From: Veleropilina oligotropha
Lineage: Eukaryota
Reading direction: 5' to 3'
DNA: 64,000 nt
Assembly: GCA_048128005.1 (NCBI GenBank)
Contig: JBEUKZ010000097.1
Location: 1 to 64,000 of the forward strand
Shown: piece by piece, positions 23,861 to 36,090 of the stretch
How the letters are laid out: the number at the start of each line of letters is the position of its first letter
Position numbering within the stretch: position 1 is the stretch's first letter
Made by a program: the position numbers and the translations under genes
The notes under the pieces: model-generated
What the model was told of the DNA's origin: nothing
Databases searched by the model: none
Seen by the model: the letters and a program-made list of their open reading frames with translations, nothing else

Positions 23861-24101
23861 TTTAAAAACTGAAATTACTAATAAAACTGGGCAAGGAACA
23901 TTAGTCAAATTTTCAGAACTGGAAATAGGTTGCGTACCTAATCTTTTGATGTGTAGCTTGGTCTGATTGGTTAAATATTTTGGCGGCCATGTTTGATTAA
24001 GGTGATAACCTATTCAAATCGTCTCCTCAAAAACCATTAAGCCGTCTGTAGTGGAATCTTGGAAACCAAATCTGTATATTATGATGATGTCATGGTATTA
24101 T

Positions 24102-25425
24102 TATCCCCCGCGGCTTCCGAAGGAACAAGCCGAAGGGGGATATAGGGATAGCATCCGTCCGTCCGTCCTTCCGTCCGTCCGTCCCTCCGTCCGTCCGGTC
24201 ACACTTTTGGTTAAAGTTTTTGGTTGAGGTATTACATGCATTTAATGGATGAATAACTCAATCAAACCTATTTAGATAGAAAGTAGACATGTTTAGCCTT
24301 TAGTTGGAACCAAAAACAAAAAGATTTTTGATTTATTTTGTGTAAAAAAAGCACTCTGAACATAAAAAATTTTCCGTTAAATTTTTTGGTTAAAGTTTTT
24401 CTTTTGAGTATATATCGATTGCTCAAGGAACATTTCGGCATATACAACCTTTAGTAATGGTTATATGGATGTGACCTGATACTCTGGCAATGATTTACAT
24501 TATAATTTGATATAAATAATTCATGAAATTGGTGTTTTGGGACATAGAAATTTAGTGAAGATTTTTCAGTTAAAGTTTTTCAAAGAGTGCTTATACAATG
24601 ATCATTGCACTTGTTTGCGCACTTATGCTTTGTTGCTGGCTATATTGATGTTAGCTGCTAGCCTGGCAGCGATATTGAACAAAATTTAATATAAATAATT
24701 TGTGAAATTGATATAACTTTTTATATAAAAAATTTAGTTACATTTTTTAGCTTAAAGTTTTTCGATTATTGCATATAGGTTTAATAAAGCACTTTTTTAA
24801 TGCATATACTTTGGTGTTGGCCATATTGACACTACCTGCTATTCTGGAAGTGATATTTAATAAATTTAAAATAAAATAAAATGTTTTTTGACATAGAAAT
24901 GTAGTAAACATTTCGGTTTAAGTTATTCAATTACAGCATATTGATTGATCAAGACATGTTGTTGCAAGCATATGCATTGGTGTATGCTTCGTAGTTGTTA
25001 CCTGCTATTGTTACAGTTATATTGATTATAATTTAATTTAAATATTCTGTGAAATTTTATTTAAAGTTTCTGGTTTAATTTTTTTCAGTGAGTGCATATG
25101 GGTTGACATTGTGATGCTGCTCTGGCAGTGATGTTGCATTCATTTTAACACAAAACTGTGTTAAATTTGTGTATTAATTTTGGACATATAAATTTTGATT
25201 AATAATGTGTTACATTTGCAAGTTTGGACAAAGTTATTCAATTAGTGCATGTGTGCTGCTCAAGATATATTTTATACATGTATATGCTGGTTGATAGATC
25301 TAGGGATTAAAAACCAATTTCAATCAAAAATCTCCATACCATCAAAACATTGTACTAAATCTATTTCTTGCATATATTGACAAAATGCTTGACCGCGGGG
25401 GATACCGCTATATCGATAGTAATTG
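24102..25425 (+). mobile_element. Non-autonomous Helentron (HINE/DINE-1-like) with internal ~170-190-bp tandem units
   Basis: Subterminal IR TATCCCCCGCGG (24102) / CCGCGGGGGATA (25393), (TCCG)n microsatellite, T-rich target. Empty site ATGGTATTATTTTCGTAGCGG seen at ~21823. Confidence 0.85.
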
Positions 25426-26739
25426 TTTTCGTAGCGGTACAGTGCACAATATGGCCGCCAGTCGAATCGAAATTTTTGAAGTTATAGGAGGTTCATTTTT
25501 ATTTTCGTAAAATCGAAATAAATTATGTAATTTCGTAATGCTAAATGTATTTCCTATGAAATTATAAAGATATCAGCAAACAAAATTGGAAAAAAATGTG
25601 AAATGTGAAAATTAGAAGCATTTTAAGAATCAATCAAAATATTTTGAAACAAAGAGCCATAATTCGGTAACCACTCACACCAGACATCCCAAATTTTAAC
25701 AAGTGACAGAGTTGGACATTATCAACAACTTTATTGCTGGTTTTTTTTATGTCAGTGAACATTTATACAGATAATTTTTGCTTCGAATTTAAAATATTCG
25801 ACTGGCTGCGATATTTCGAATAAATCTTTTTTTTCATAACGTAGCATCACATAATTTACACTGATAAGCGACCGCACTATAATCTACCATTCCTGAAAAT
25901 GTCATGCATATCCATATGGTAATTATTGATTTATTGCGAGTTACGTTTTGTCGACCTCGGGTGTTTTGCTGAAATTGACAAATTTCGCAATTGTATGAAA
26001 CTAGATTTAAGTATGTGAAATCAACGATAAATTTTTCAAGTCTCTGTGGCCTAGACGGTAGAGCTTCACGTACGGCTTACGAACTAGCAAAACCAGACGA
26101 TGTGGGTTCTACTCATGTAGGAGTAGTATAAAATGTTTTTATAATTCTTTTATTTTTTCAAGTTATTATATCTAATATATCGTTGTCATATAATATCTAT
26201 ATATATATATATATATATATAACACATTATAATTTGAGACATCAAATGCGACGTGTTTAATGTTGTAAAATGATTGCAATGTTCCACTGGAGCATTGCGA
26301 TTGGATATTCCACGCCATATTACGATATTACTTATTGTATTTGTGTTGACCATTTAACTACCGTATATTTCTGACGAATCCCGAAGGTTTATGATTAGGA
26401 AATCGACATCCTTGATTAATCCGTGAGTTTGTGGTGTGTGACTTGCGATTTGGGAGCATAAAATTGTGTGTCGAACAATTCGGTTATAAGCTTCAATAAG
26501 TTACAGGCGAGATTCTGCTTTATTTTATATTAGATTAATTGTATTTTTAACATTGTAGATTATTTCATTCACGTATTGTCAGGAATGGTAGACTTTGATG
26601 TGTATACCGTATACAGTAACGTATTGACTGTTAATGTTGGTCATTGTTCTAATATTAATATATGTAGCTTGTGCATGCATCTGTGAGGGGGTGGGGGCAG
26701 GCATGTGCGAGGGGGTGGGGTTAAGCGGAGGAGGGGGTT

Positions 26740-28895
26740 AGTGGGGTATTTAATGGGGCGTTAAGTGTGGCATTTAGTGTGCCATTTAGTGCGACGTTTA
26801 GTGCGACATTTAGTGCGACATTCAGTGCGATGTTTAGTACGACGTTTAGTGCGGCTTTTAGTGTGACATTTAGTGTGTCAATTCATGCGACATTTAGTGC
26901 AACGTTTCGTGCAGCATTTCGTGTGGCGTTTCGTGCGGCGTTTAGTGCGGCGTTTAGTGCGACATTTAGTGCGACGCTTAGTGCAACGTTTAGTGCAGCA
27001 TTTCATGCGACGTTTAGTGCGACGTTTAGTGCGGCGTTTCGTGCGGCATTTAGTGCGACGTTTAGTGCGATGTTTAGTGTGCCGTTTCGTGCGGCATTTA
27101 GAGCGACATTTAGTGCGACGTTTCGTGTGGGGTTTCGTGCAGCATTTAGTGCGACGTTTCATGCGATGTTTCATGCGGCGTTTTGTGCAGCATTTCGTGC
27201 AGTGTTTAGTGTGGCATTTAGTGTGACGTTTCGTGTGGCGTTTCGTGCAGCATTTAGTGCGACGTTTCGTGCTGAGTTTAGAGCGAAGCTTAGTGCGACG
27301 TTAAGTGCGACGTTTCATGCATCGTTTAGTGCGACGCTTAGTGCGATTTTTCATGCGGCGTTTAGTGCGAAGTTTCATGCAGCATTTAATATGGCGTTTC
27401 ATGCGGCATTTAGTTCGACGTTTAGTGCGACGTTTAGTGTGACGTTTCATGCAGCTTTTCATGCGGCGTTCAATGCAATGTTTAATACGACGTTTCGTGT
27501 GGTGTTTAGTGCGGCGTTTTGTGCGGCATTTCGTGTAGTGTTTAGTGCGACGTTAAGTGCGACATTTAGTGCGACATTTAGTGCGACGTTTCGTGCGGCA
27601 TTTCGAGAAGCGTTTCGTGCGGCATTTAGTGTGACGTTGCATGCGACGTTTAGTGCGACATTTAGTGCGACGTTTCGTGCGGCATTTCATGCGGAGTTTA
27701 GTGTGACATTTCATGCGGCATTTAGTGCAATGTTTAGCGCGACGTTTAGTGCGACATTTCTTGCGGTGTTCAATGCGACATTTAATGTGACTTTTCGTGC
27801 GGCGCTTAGTGCGACATTTAGTGTGACGTTTGGGGCGATGTTTAGAGCGGCGTTTAGTGCAGTGCTTAGTGCGATGTTAAGTGCGATGCTTCATGCGGCG
27901 TTTCGTGCGGCATTCAGTGTGGCATTTAGTGCGACGTTTAGTGCGACGTTTCGTATGGCATTTAGTGCGGCGTTTCGTGCAGTGTTTCGCGTGGCATTTC
28001 GTGCAGTGTGTAGTGGGACGTTTAGTGTGACAATTCGTGCGACGTTTAGTGTGGCGTTTCATGCTGCATTTACTTCAGCATTTATTGCGGCATTTTGCCC
28101 GGCTTTTCATGTGGTGTTTCGTGCGGCATTAGGTGCGGCGTTTCGTACGGCGTTTCGTGCGGAGTTTCATGTGGCGTTTAGTGTAAATGCCCCAGTAAAT
28201 GCAATTAGTGGGGAATTTCGTGTTGCATTTCGTGTGGCGTTTAGTGGGATGTTTAGTGGGACGTTTAGTTGCTCCTTTAGTGGGTCGTGTAATGGGGCAT
28301 TTAGTGGGGAATTTAGTGGTCGTTTAGTGGGGCATTTAGTGGGCATTAGTGCGGGCGTTTAGTGTGGGTATATAGTGGGCGCTTACTGTGACGTTTAGTG
28401 GGGCGTTTATTGTGGCGTTTAGAATGACGTCTAGTGTGATGTTTAATGGACGTTTTTTGGTGTTTAGTGTGGTGTTTAGTGGGAGTTTAGTGGATGTTTA
28501 GTGCACGTTTAGTGTGGCGTTTAGTGAACGTTTAGTGGGGCGTTTAGAGGGACATTTATTGGGCGTTTAATGGGGCGAATAGTGTGACTTTAGTGGGGAG
28601 TTTAGTGGGGCGTTTAATGGGGAGTTTAGTGTGACATTCAGTGTGGCATTTAGTGTGGCATTCATTGAAGCATTTAGTGTGGCGTTTAGTGGAAGATTAG
28701 TGGACGTTTAGTGGGCTTTTAGTAGTGCGTTTAGTGGTGCGTTTAATGGGGCATTTAATGGGGCATCTTGTGGTGCATTTAGTGTGGCGTTTAATGGACG
28801 TTTAGCGGGAGTTTATTGTGACATTTAATCTATCTTTTAGTGGGCGTTTGGTGTGGCGCTTAGTGTGGCGTTTAGTGTGGGAATTTATTGGGGCA
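26740..28895. repeat. 12-bp degenerate minisatellite array
   Basis: Same unit as 22815-23860. Confidence 0.95.
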
Positions 28896-30527
28896 GGAAA
28901 GTGGGGGGTAAAGGGGGGACGAGAATTGGGTGATTTGAGCGAAATCACCTGGTTTGTAAATGGGTGGACCCACTAGTATGTTTTATGAGACTTTGGCATT
29001 TTACCTTCTATGACCTAGAAAACCAAAAATGGCAAAATTTACGACAATTGGCAAACAATAGCCTATGACCATTTAGAAAATATTAAGTAGGGTTTCTAAG
29101 GTGACCTTGATCTTGGATGACCTAGATAGTCGAAAATGACATAATAAGCAGAAATGGTCCAAAATAATGTATACAATTTTTCAAAGTCAAGTGGGCATTC
29201 AATTTGGTTACAACAGAAGCCGTATAACTGCTCGCAGTTCTAGTTATTATTATTATTATTATTATTTCTCGAGCTGTTAAAAACTGCAATACTAAAAAAC
29301 TGTTCAATGCACATATGTAATATTATCTGTCCTAGTAGAGGATCGAGAAAGTAATTTGTTGATGTGTAACTGGATCTTATTGGTTAAATATTTTGGCGGC
29401 CATGTTTGATTAGGGTGATAACCTATTCAAATATTCTCCTCAAAAACTGATAAGCTGACTGTAGTTGAACCTTGGAAACCAAATCTATATATTATGACGC
29501 TGTCATGGTTTTATTTTCGCAGCGGTACAGTGCCCAAGATGGCCGCCAGACGAATCTAAAGTTTTGAAGGTAGGGGGTTAATTTTTATTTTCGTCAAATC
29601 GAAATAAATTATGTCATTTCGTAATGCAAAATGTTGTTCCGATGAAATTATAAAGATATCCGCAAAACAAATTAGAAAAAAATGTGAAATGTGAAAATTA
29701 GAAGCATTTTAAGAATCAATCAAAATATTTTGAAACAAAGGGCCATATGTTTGTAACCACTGACAGTGACAGTGTGGGACATTATCAACAACTTTCACAC
29801 TGTTTTTTTATGTCAGTGAATATTTATAGAGATAATTTTTGGTTCGAAGTTAAAATATTCGACTGGCTGTGATATTTCAAATAAATCTTTTTGGTGTTTC
29901 GTGCAGCATTTCACGCGGCGTTTAGTGCAACGTTTAGTTCAATGTTCAGTGAGACGTTTAGTGCGACGTTTTGTGCAGCATTTCGTGCGGCATTTCAGGC
30001 AGCATTTAGTGCGACATTTCATGCGATGTTCAGTGCGACGTTTAGTGCGACGTTTCGTGAGATGTTTCATGCAGCGTTTCATGCGGTGTTTATTGTGGCG
30101 TTTAGTGCGACGTTTAGTGCGATGCTTAGTGCGACGTTTCGTGCAGCGTTTTTGTGTCTTTTCGTGTGGCATTTAGTGCGACGTTTCGTGCGGCATTTCA
30201 TGCATCATTTATTGAGACGTTTAGTGCGATGTTTCGTGCAGCGCTTCGTGCAGCATTTAGTGCGACGTTTAATGCGGCGGTTCGTGCAGCGTTTAGTGTG
30301 GTGCTTAGTGCGATGTTTAGTGTGATGTTTAGTGGGACGTTTCGTACTGCATTTAGTGTGGCGTTTCATGCGGAGTTTTGTGCAGCATTTAGTGCGACGC
30401 TTAGTGCGATGTTACATATGGCATTACGTGCAGAATTTAGTGCAGCGTTTAATGCAGTGTTTAGTGCGGCATTTAGTGCGGCGTTTCGTGCGGCGTTTCT
30501 TGCGGAATTTCGTGCGGCGTTCGGTGC

Positions 30528-31839
30528 TGTTACGGCATATATTGTCGCCATGCACATATTGTCGCCAGTCGTCAGAACAAGTGGTTAAACATCGGGGCGT
30601 TTCCGACACGGTCAGTCTACCAAACCAGTTCACTCATTTGACATAGCTTGACATTAGAAGGAAAGTTTGTTTAAAATTACATGTCCACATTTGACAAACT
30701 CCCCATTTTGTACTAGTGGTCGTTCAGACCAGAGGCTATTCGGATCAGTGGCTACTATATTCTGACTAGCGGACCTTCTGACCAGAGGCTATTCGGACTA
30801 TAGACTGGGCACTCTCCTACTTGTTTGCTCAATTTTATATAGTAAGCAATCATCTAAAAATGTTTGCTCTCACATTATTGCGAAAAAATAAATACTATTA
30901 ATTTGGAGTTATTCCGATCATATTTCTGGTTTCCATATTTGAAACCAGATAATTTCAACAAAGTCAGCAGGAAAACCATAATACTTCGAGCAACATTTAA
31001 AAAAAGGAAGAGCATGCATTCAAACCCCTTTATCATGGGGGAGTGGGAGTTGTTATTTCTTGTCCATCTAATACCCTCTTCGGGTATACCAGGACAATTC
31101 CATGTTATCGTAGGAGGAAAGCCCAGATAACCATCTGGGAAAACCCACCCGCCCAGGCCAGTCACGGACACCTGTGACTGTTAACTCCACAAGTTGTTCG
31201 ACCTCAGGACCCAGATGTCGAAACCGTACTCGCAAAGCCAGTGCAGTCAGTACGAGTGAATTTGAGACACGCTATCCACTCGGCCACCGGGGCGGCCTAT
31301 CCTTTAACATGTTTACCCACATAGCAAGTACATGATAGCAACAAACATTACTTTTTCTTTATTTAGCATATTAAGGTTTTCTCAACCCAACTCTATTGTT
31401 TCTTTACGGAGAGGACAGACACTACAGTCCGGAGACAGACAGTACAGACCGGGGTCTGGCAGTACTTGTCAATGTACAGCAAAAGAAGCCTCCATGATAA
31501 TCGTTAAGTTAGCTTGAATTAATTTCTCGAAATTTTATCTTGAAAATTCATATGTTATCATTAACATAATATATGTCCTTTCTGAACGGGACCATATTCG
31601 ACTGCAGCTCAGGCATCCCTTGTTTGTGTCACATCCTTAAAGGCGACAATATATGCTGACATTCACGGCATAACTTGTTGCTAGTACAGTCGATTATATC
31701 CTGCAACACTCTCGGCACATATTGCCGCCGGCGACAATATGTGCCGAGAACGATGCACATATTGTCGCCGGCGACAATATGTGCGGCATATATTGTCGCC
31801 GGCGACAATATGTGCACGGCGTCAATATATGGCGCAACA
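30528..31839. mobile_element. MITE-like insertion with TGT...ACA termini and internal palindromes
   Basis: TGTTACGGCATATATTGTCGCC ... GGCGTCAATATATGGCGCAACA. Repeated palindrome GCACATATTGTCGCCGGCGACAATATGTGC at ~31715-31815. Flanks GGTGC / TGTGC. Confidence 0.6.
31005..31297 (-). mobile_element. tRNA-derived SINE
   Basis: Minus strand begins GGCCGCCCCGGTGGCCGAGTGG (A box). Body is similar to the 12233 SINE. Confidence 0.65.
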
Positions 31840-34760
31840 TGTGCGGCATTTCGTGTGGCCTTTAGTGTAAACGCGTTTAGTGGGGCATTAGTGGGGCATT
31901 TCGTGTGACGTTTCTTGAGATGTATTGTGTGTTTAATGGACGTTTATTGGATGTTTAGTGTAGCGTTTCATGCAGCATTTAGTGCGATGTTTCGTGCGAC
32001 GTTTAGTGTGATGTTTCGTGCGATGCTTCATGCGGTGTTTATTGCAGCGTTTATTGCGACGTTTAGGATGACGTTTAGTGCGATGTTTCGTGTGGCATTT
32101 CATGCAGCGTTTAGTGCGACGTTTAGTGCGATGTTTCGTGGGGCATTTAGTGCGGCGTTACGTGCAGCATTTAGTGCGACGTTTAGTGCGACGTTTAATG
32201 CGATGTTTCATGCAGCGTTTTGTGCGGCGTTTAGTGTGGTGTTTAGTGTGACGTTTCGTATGGCGTTTAGTGTGGCGTTTCTTGCAGCGTTTCGTGTGGC
32301 GTTTCGTGCAGCGTTTAGTGCGACGTTACATGCAACGTTACGTGCGGCGTTTAGTGCAGCATTTAGTGCGGCGTTTTGTTCAGCGTTTCGGGCTGCGTTT
32401 CGTGCAGCATTTCATGCGGTGTTCGGTGCGGCATTTCGTGTGGCCTTTAATGTAAACGCCCCAGTAAACGCGTCTATTTGGCCATTTAGAAGGGCATTTC
32501 GTGTGATGTTTCGTGTGACGTATCGTGTGTTTAATGGACGTTTATTGGGTGCTTAGTGTGGCGTTTAGTGGGAGTTTAGTGGATGTTTAGTGCACGCTTA
32601 GTGGAGCGTTTAGTGAACGTTTATTGGGCGTTTAGAGGGGAATTTAGTGCGCGTTTAATGGGCGATTAGTGGGAGTTTAGTGGGCGTTAAGGGGGGTGTT
32701 TATTGTGCGTTTAGTGGGCGTTTAGTGGGGCGTATAGTGGGGCGTTGCGAGGGGCATTTAGTGGGCGTTTAACGGGGCGCTTCGTGGGTCCTTAGTTTGG
32801 CGGTTAGTAGGGCTTTTAATGGAACGTTTAGTGGAACGCTAAGTGGGCCATTTAGTGACGAGTCTAGTGGACGTTTAGTGGGGATGTTAGTGGGCATTTT
32901 GTGGGCCGTTTAGTGGACGTTTAGTGGGACGTTTAATGGGGCGTTTGATGGGGAGTGTTGTGGGGCATTTACAGTGGCGTTTTGTGTGAAGTGTAGTGGG
33001 GAGTTTAATGAGGAGTTTAGTGGGGCGTTTAAAAGGGAGTTTAACATGGCGTTCAGTGTGGCATTTAGTGTGGCATTCAGTGGGGCATTTAGTGTGACAT
33101 TTAGTGGAAGTTTAGTGGACGTTTAGTGGGCGTTTAGTGGTTCGTTTAGTGGTGCGTTTAATGGGGTGTTTAATGGGGCGTCTTGTGGTGCATTTAGTGT
33201 GGCGTTTAATGGACGTTTAGTGGAGAGTTTATGTTGGCATTTAATGGGGCGTTTAATGTATCTTTTAGTGGGCGTTTAGTGTGACATTTAGTGGGGCGTT
33301 TTGTGTGTGTGTGGGGGGAGGGGGGGACGTGGGGGTAAAGAGGGATGAGAAATGGGGGATTGGAGCGAAATCACCTGGTATGTAAATGGGCGTACCCACT
33401 AGTATGTTTTACGAAACTTTGTCTTTTACCTTCTATGACATAGATAACCAAAAATGTCATATTTTACAATAATTGGTAAACAATAGCCTATGGACAATTA
33501 GAACATATTAAGTAGGCTTTATAAGGTGACCTTGACCTTTGACCTTGGATGACCTAGATAGTCGAAAATGACATATTAAACATAAATGCGCCAAAATAAT
33601 GTATACAATTTTGGAAAGTCGAGGGGCATTCAAACGAGACCATGACCTGTTACTTATTAATTTGGTTACAACCGAAGCCGTATAACTGCTCGCAGTTCTT
33701 GTTATTATTATTATTATTTAATACATTTATAATGCACCTATTCTAATTTAGCGCTATGCGCAGTACCAACTATAACTAATATTACAGTACATACGAATAT
33801 ACAGGTCTAACATCAATGATACATATTATGAATACCATAAGCAATAACAGATTTTTTTTAGTATTTTCAATTTTATTTATTATTATTATTTTTTTTACAA
33901 ACAATATCAGACGAAGAAGCAGCCACCAGCATGAATCTTCAACCAACTTTGAATGATAAATAAGATGCATGCCATAAGCAATAACATTAAACGAATGTGA
34001 AGTAGCCTAGTCATTACTTTCTTCCACTACTAAGATGTCAGCTGAATTCGAATTGTTAGTGAAACTTCATCAGGTTGGCATATACATCAGCAAACAGGTG
34101 TGTTTTCAATGTCTTCCGAAAACCTGTCGGAGTTGTACTTTCCTTTACTTTAGATTGCAGTTTGTTCCAGAGTTTTGAGGTATTGTTGATGAATGCTCTA
34201 TCGCCATATTTATTCATCGTTCTGTTCTCCATCAACTGTTGTAATTGCTGCGACCTAAGTGCTCTAATAGGTCGATATTGAGTCAGAAGTTCGCTAATAT
34301 ATCCAGGCGTTTTTCCTTGAAGAGAACTGTAAACGAATGTAAGAATTTTGAAGATAACCCGTTTCTCAACAGGGAACCAGTGTAGGGTATATAGCAGCGG
34401 GGTTGCATGGTCTCTTGGTTGGGAAAGTAAAATCAGCCTGGTTGTGGCATTCTGAACTTGATGCAATCTGTTTATGAGGTTTGCATTTATTCCGAGACGT
34501 AAACTTTTGGAATAATCTATGCGAAATATGACATATGCATGCACAAGAAGCTTCGTTGCATCTGGTGTTAAAAAACGACGGATGCTTCTGATGTTTCTTA
34601 AAAAGAATAATGAGCATTTTACGGTGGCTTATATATGACATTTTTATTTCTTTTATCATCTTTATTTCTATTATCATCTTTATTTCTATTATCATCTTTA
34701 TTTCTATTATCGTCTTTATTTCTTTTATCATCTTTATTTCTATTATCATCTTTATTTCTA

Positions 34761-35061
34761 CTAGCTTTTGGTACCCGTCTTCGCCGGGTAAGTCCCCCCA
34801 GCCCCAATTTTTTTTTTTTTTTTTTTGGATAGTGCTCCCTTTTTTTTTTTTTTTTTTTTTCTCGATTATATTAAAAATGATAGTAAATTTTTTTTTTTTT
34901 TCGCGAATTTTCCGAATTTTTTTCGTGGTAAACCTTCCTTGGGGGACCCCGATTAACCCCCCAAAGTTTGAAGGTCCTAGGTCAAAGCGTCTGGGAGGAG
35001 TTCAACTTGAAACAGACAGACAGACAGACCCGCATACAATTATAGCTCCATTATATTAAGA
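34761..35061 (-). mobile_element. Short non-autonomous Helitron
   Basis: 5' TC ... hairpin ... CTAG 3', inserted at A|T. Confidence 0.8.
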
Positions 35062-35796
35062 TTATCATCTTTATTTCTATTATCATCTATATTTCTATTA
35101 TCGTCTTTATTTCTTTTATCGTCTTTATTTCTTTTATCATCTTTATTTCTATTATCAACTTTATTTCTATTATCGTCTTTATTTCTATTATCATCTTTAT
35201 TTCTATTATCGGCTTTATTTCTATTATCGTCTTTATTTCTATTATCATCTTTATTTCTATTATCGTCTTTATTTCTTTTATCATCTTTATTTCTATTATC
35301 GTCTTTATTTCTATTATCGTCTTTATTTCTATTATCATCTTTATTTCTATTATCATCTTTATTTCTATTATCGTCTTTATTTCTATTATCATCTTTATTT
35401 CTATTATCATCTTTATTTCTGTTTTTACTTTCCATACTTAATTCTAGCACGACCCGTGTCATGCGTCACGTGACTCTGGCACAAAACTATAACGAAACCA
35501 GAAACTGGATGTCGGTACATGCGGTCACAGGGACCTGTGCATGTGGTAGGTAAGTGGACTTGGCGACAACAAATGGACATAATATTACAATACATAATAC
35601 CTACCGCATGTACCGTTTTCCAGTTTCTGGTTTCGTTATCGTTTTGTGCCAGAGTCATGTGACGCATGACACGGGTCATGCTAGAATTAAGTATGAAAAG
35701 TAAAAACAGAAATAAAGATGATAATATAAATAAAGATGATAAAAGAAATAAAGACGATAATAGAAATAAAGATGATAATAGAAATAAAGATGATAA

Positions 35797-36090
35797 TCTT
35801 AATATAATGGAGCTATAATTGTATGCGGGTCTGTCTGTCTGTCTGTTTCAAGTTGAACTCCTCCCAGACGCTTTGACCTAGGACCTTCAAACTTTGGGGG
35901 GTTAATCGGGGTCCCCCAAGGAAGGTTTACCACGAAAAAAATTCGGAAAATTCGCGAAAAAAAAAAAAATTTACTATCATTTTTAATATAATCGAGAAAA
36001 AAAAAAAAAAAAAAAGGAGCACTATCCAAAAAAAAAAAAAAAAATTTGGGCTGGGGGGACTTACCCGTCGGAGACGGGTACCATAGCTAG
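35797..36090 (+). mobile_element. Short non-autonomous Helitron
   Basis: A|TCTTAATATA ... CCCGTCGGAGACGGG-TACCATAGCTAG|T. Confidence 0.85.

Larger units (their letters stand above)
29892..33300. repeat. 12-bp degenerate minisatellite array, split by the insertion at 30528-31839
   Basis: Same unit on both sides of the insertion. Confidence 0.9.
21530..33702 (+). mobile_element. Tandem large Helentron/HINE-like units carrying 12-bp minisatellite arrays
   Basis: A shared ~500-600-bp segment occurs at ~21610, ~23870 and ~29260. Matching 3' ends GAAGCCGTATAACTGCTCGCAGTTCT(A/T)GTT at ~29217-29245 and ~33674-33702. 5' AGGCTTCCGT at ~21535. Confidence 0.6.

Noticed and set aside
26041..26130. tRNA gene
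   Set aside because: A/B-box-like only, with no credible cloverleaf. Likely a SINE head, as are the other tRNA-like heads in the window.
26767..28362. 531-aa Ala/Phe-rich ORF and similar ORFs at 23105-23808 and 29891-32556
   Set aside because: Translations of the 12-bp minisatellite.
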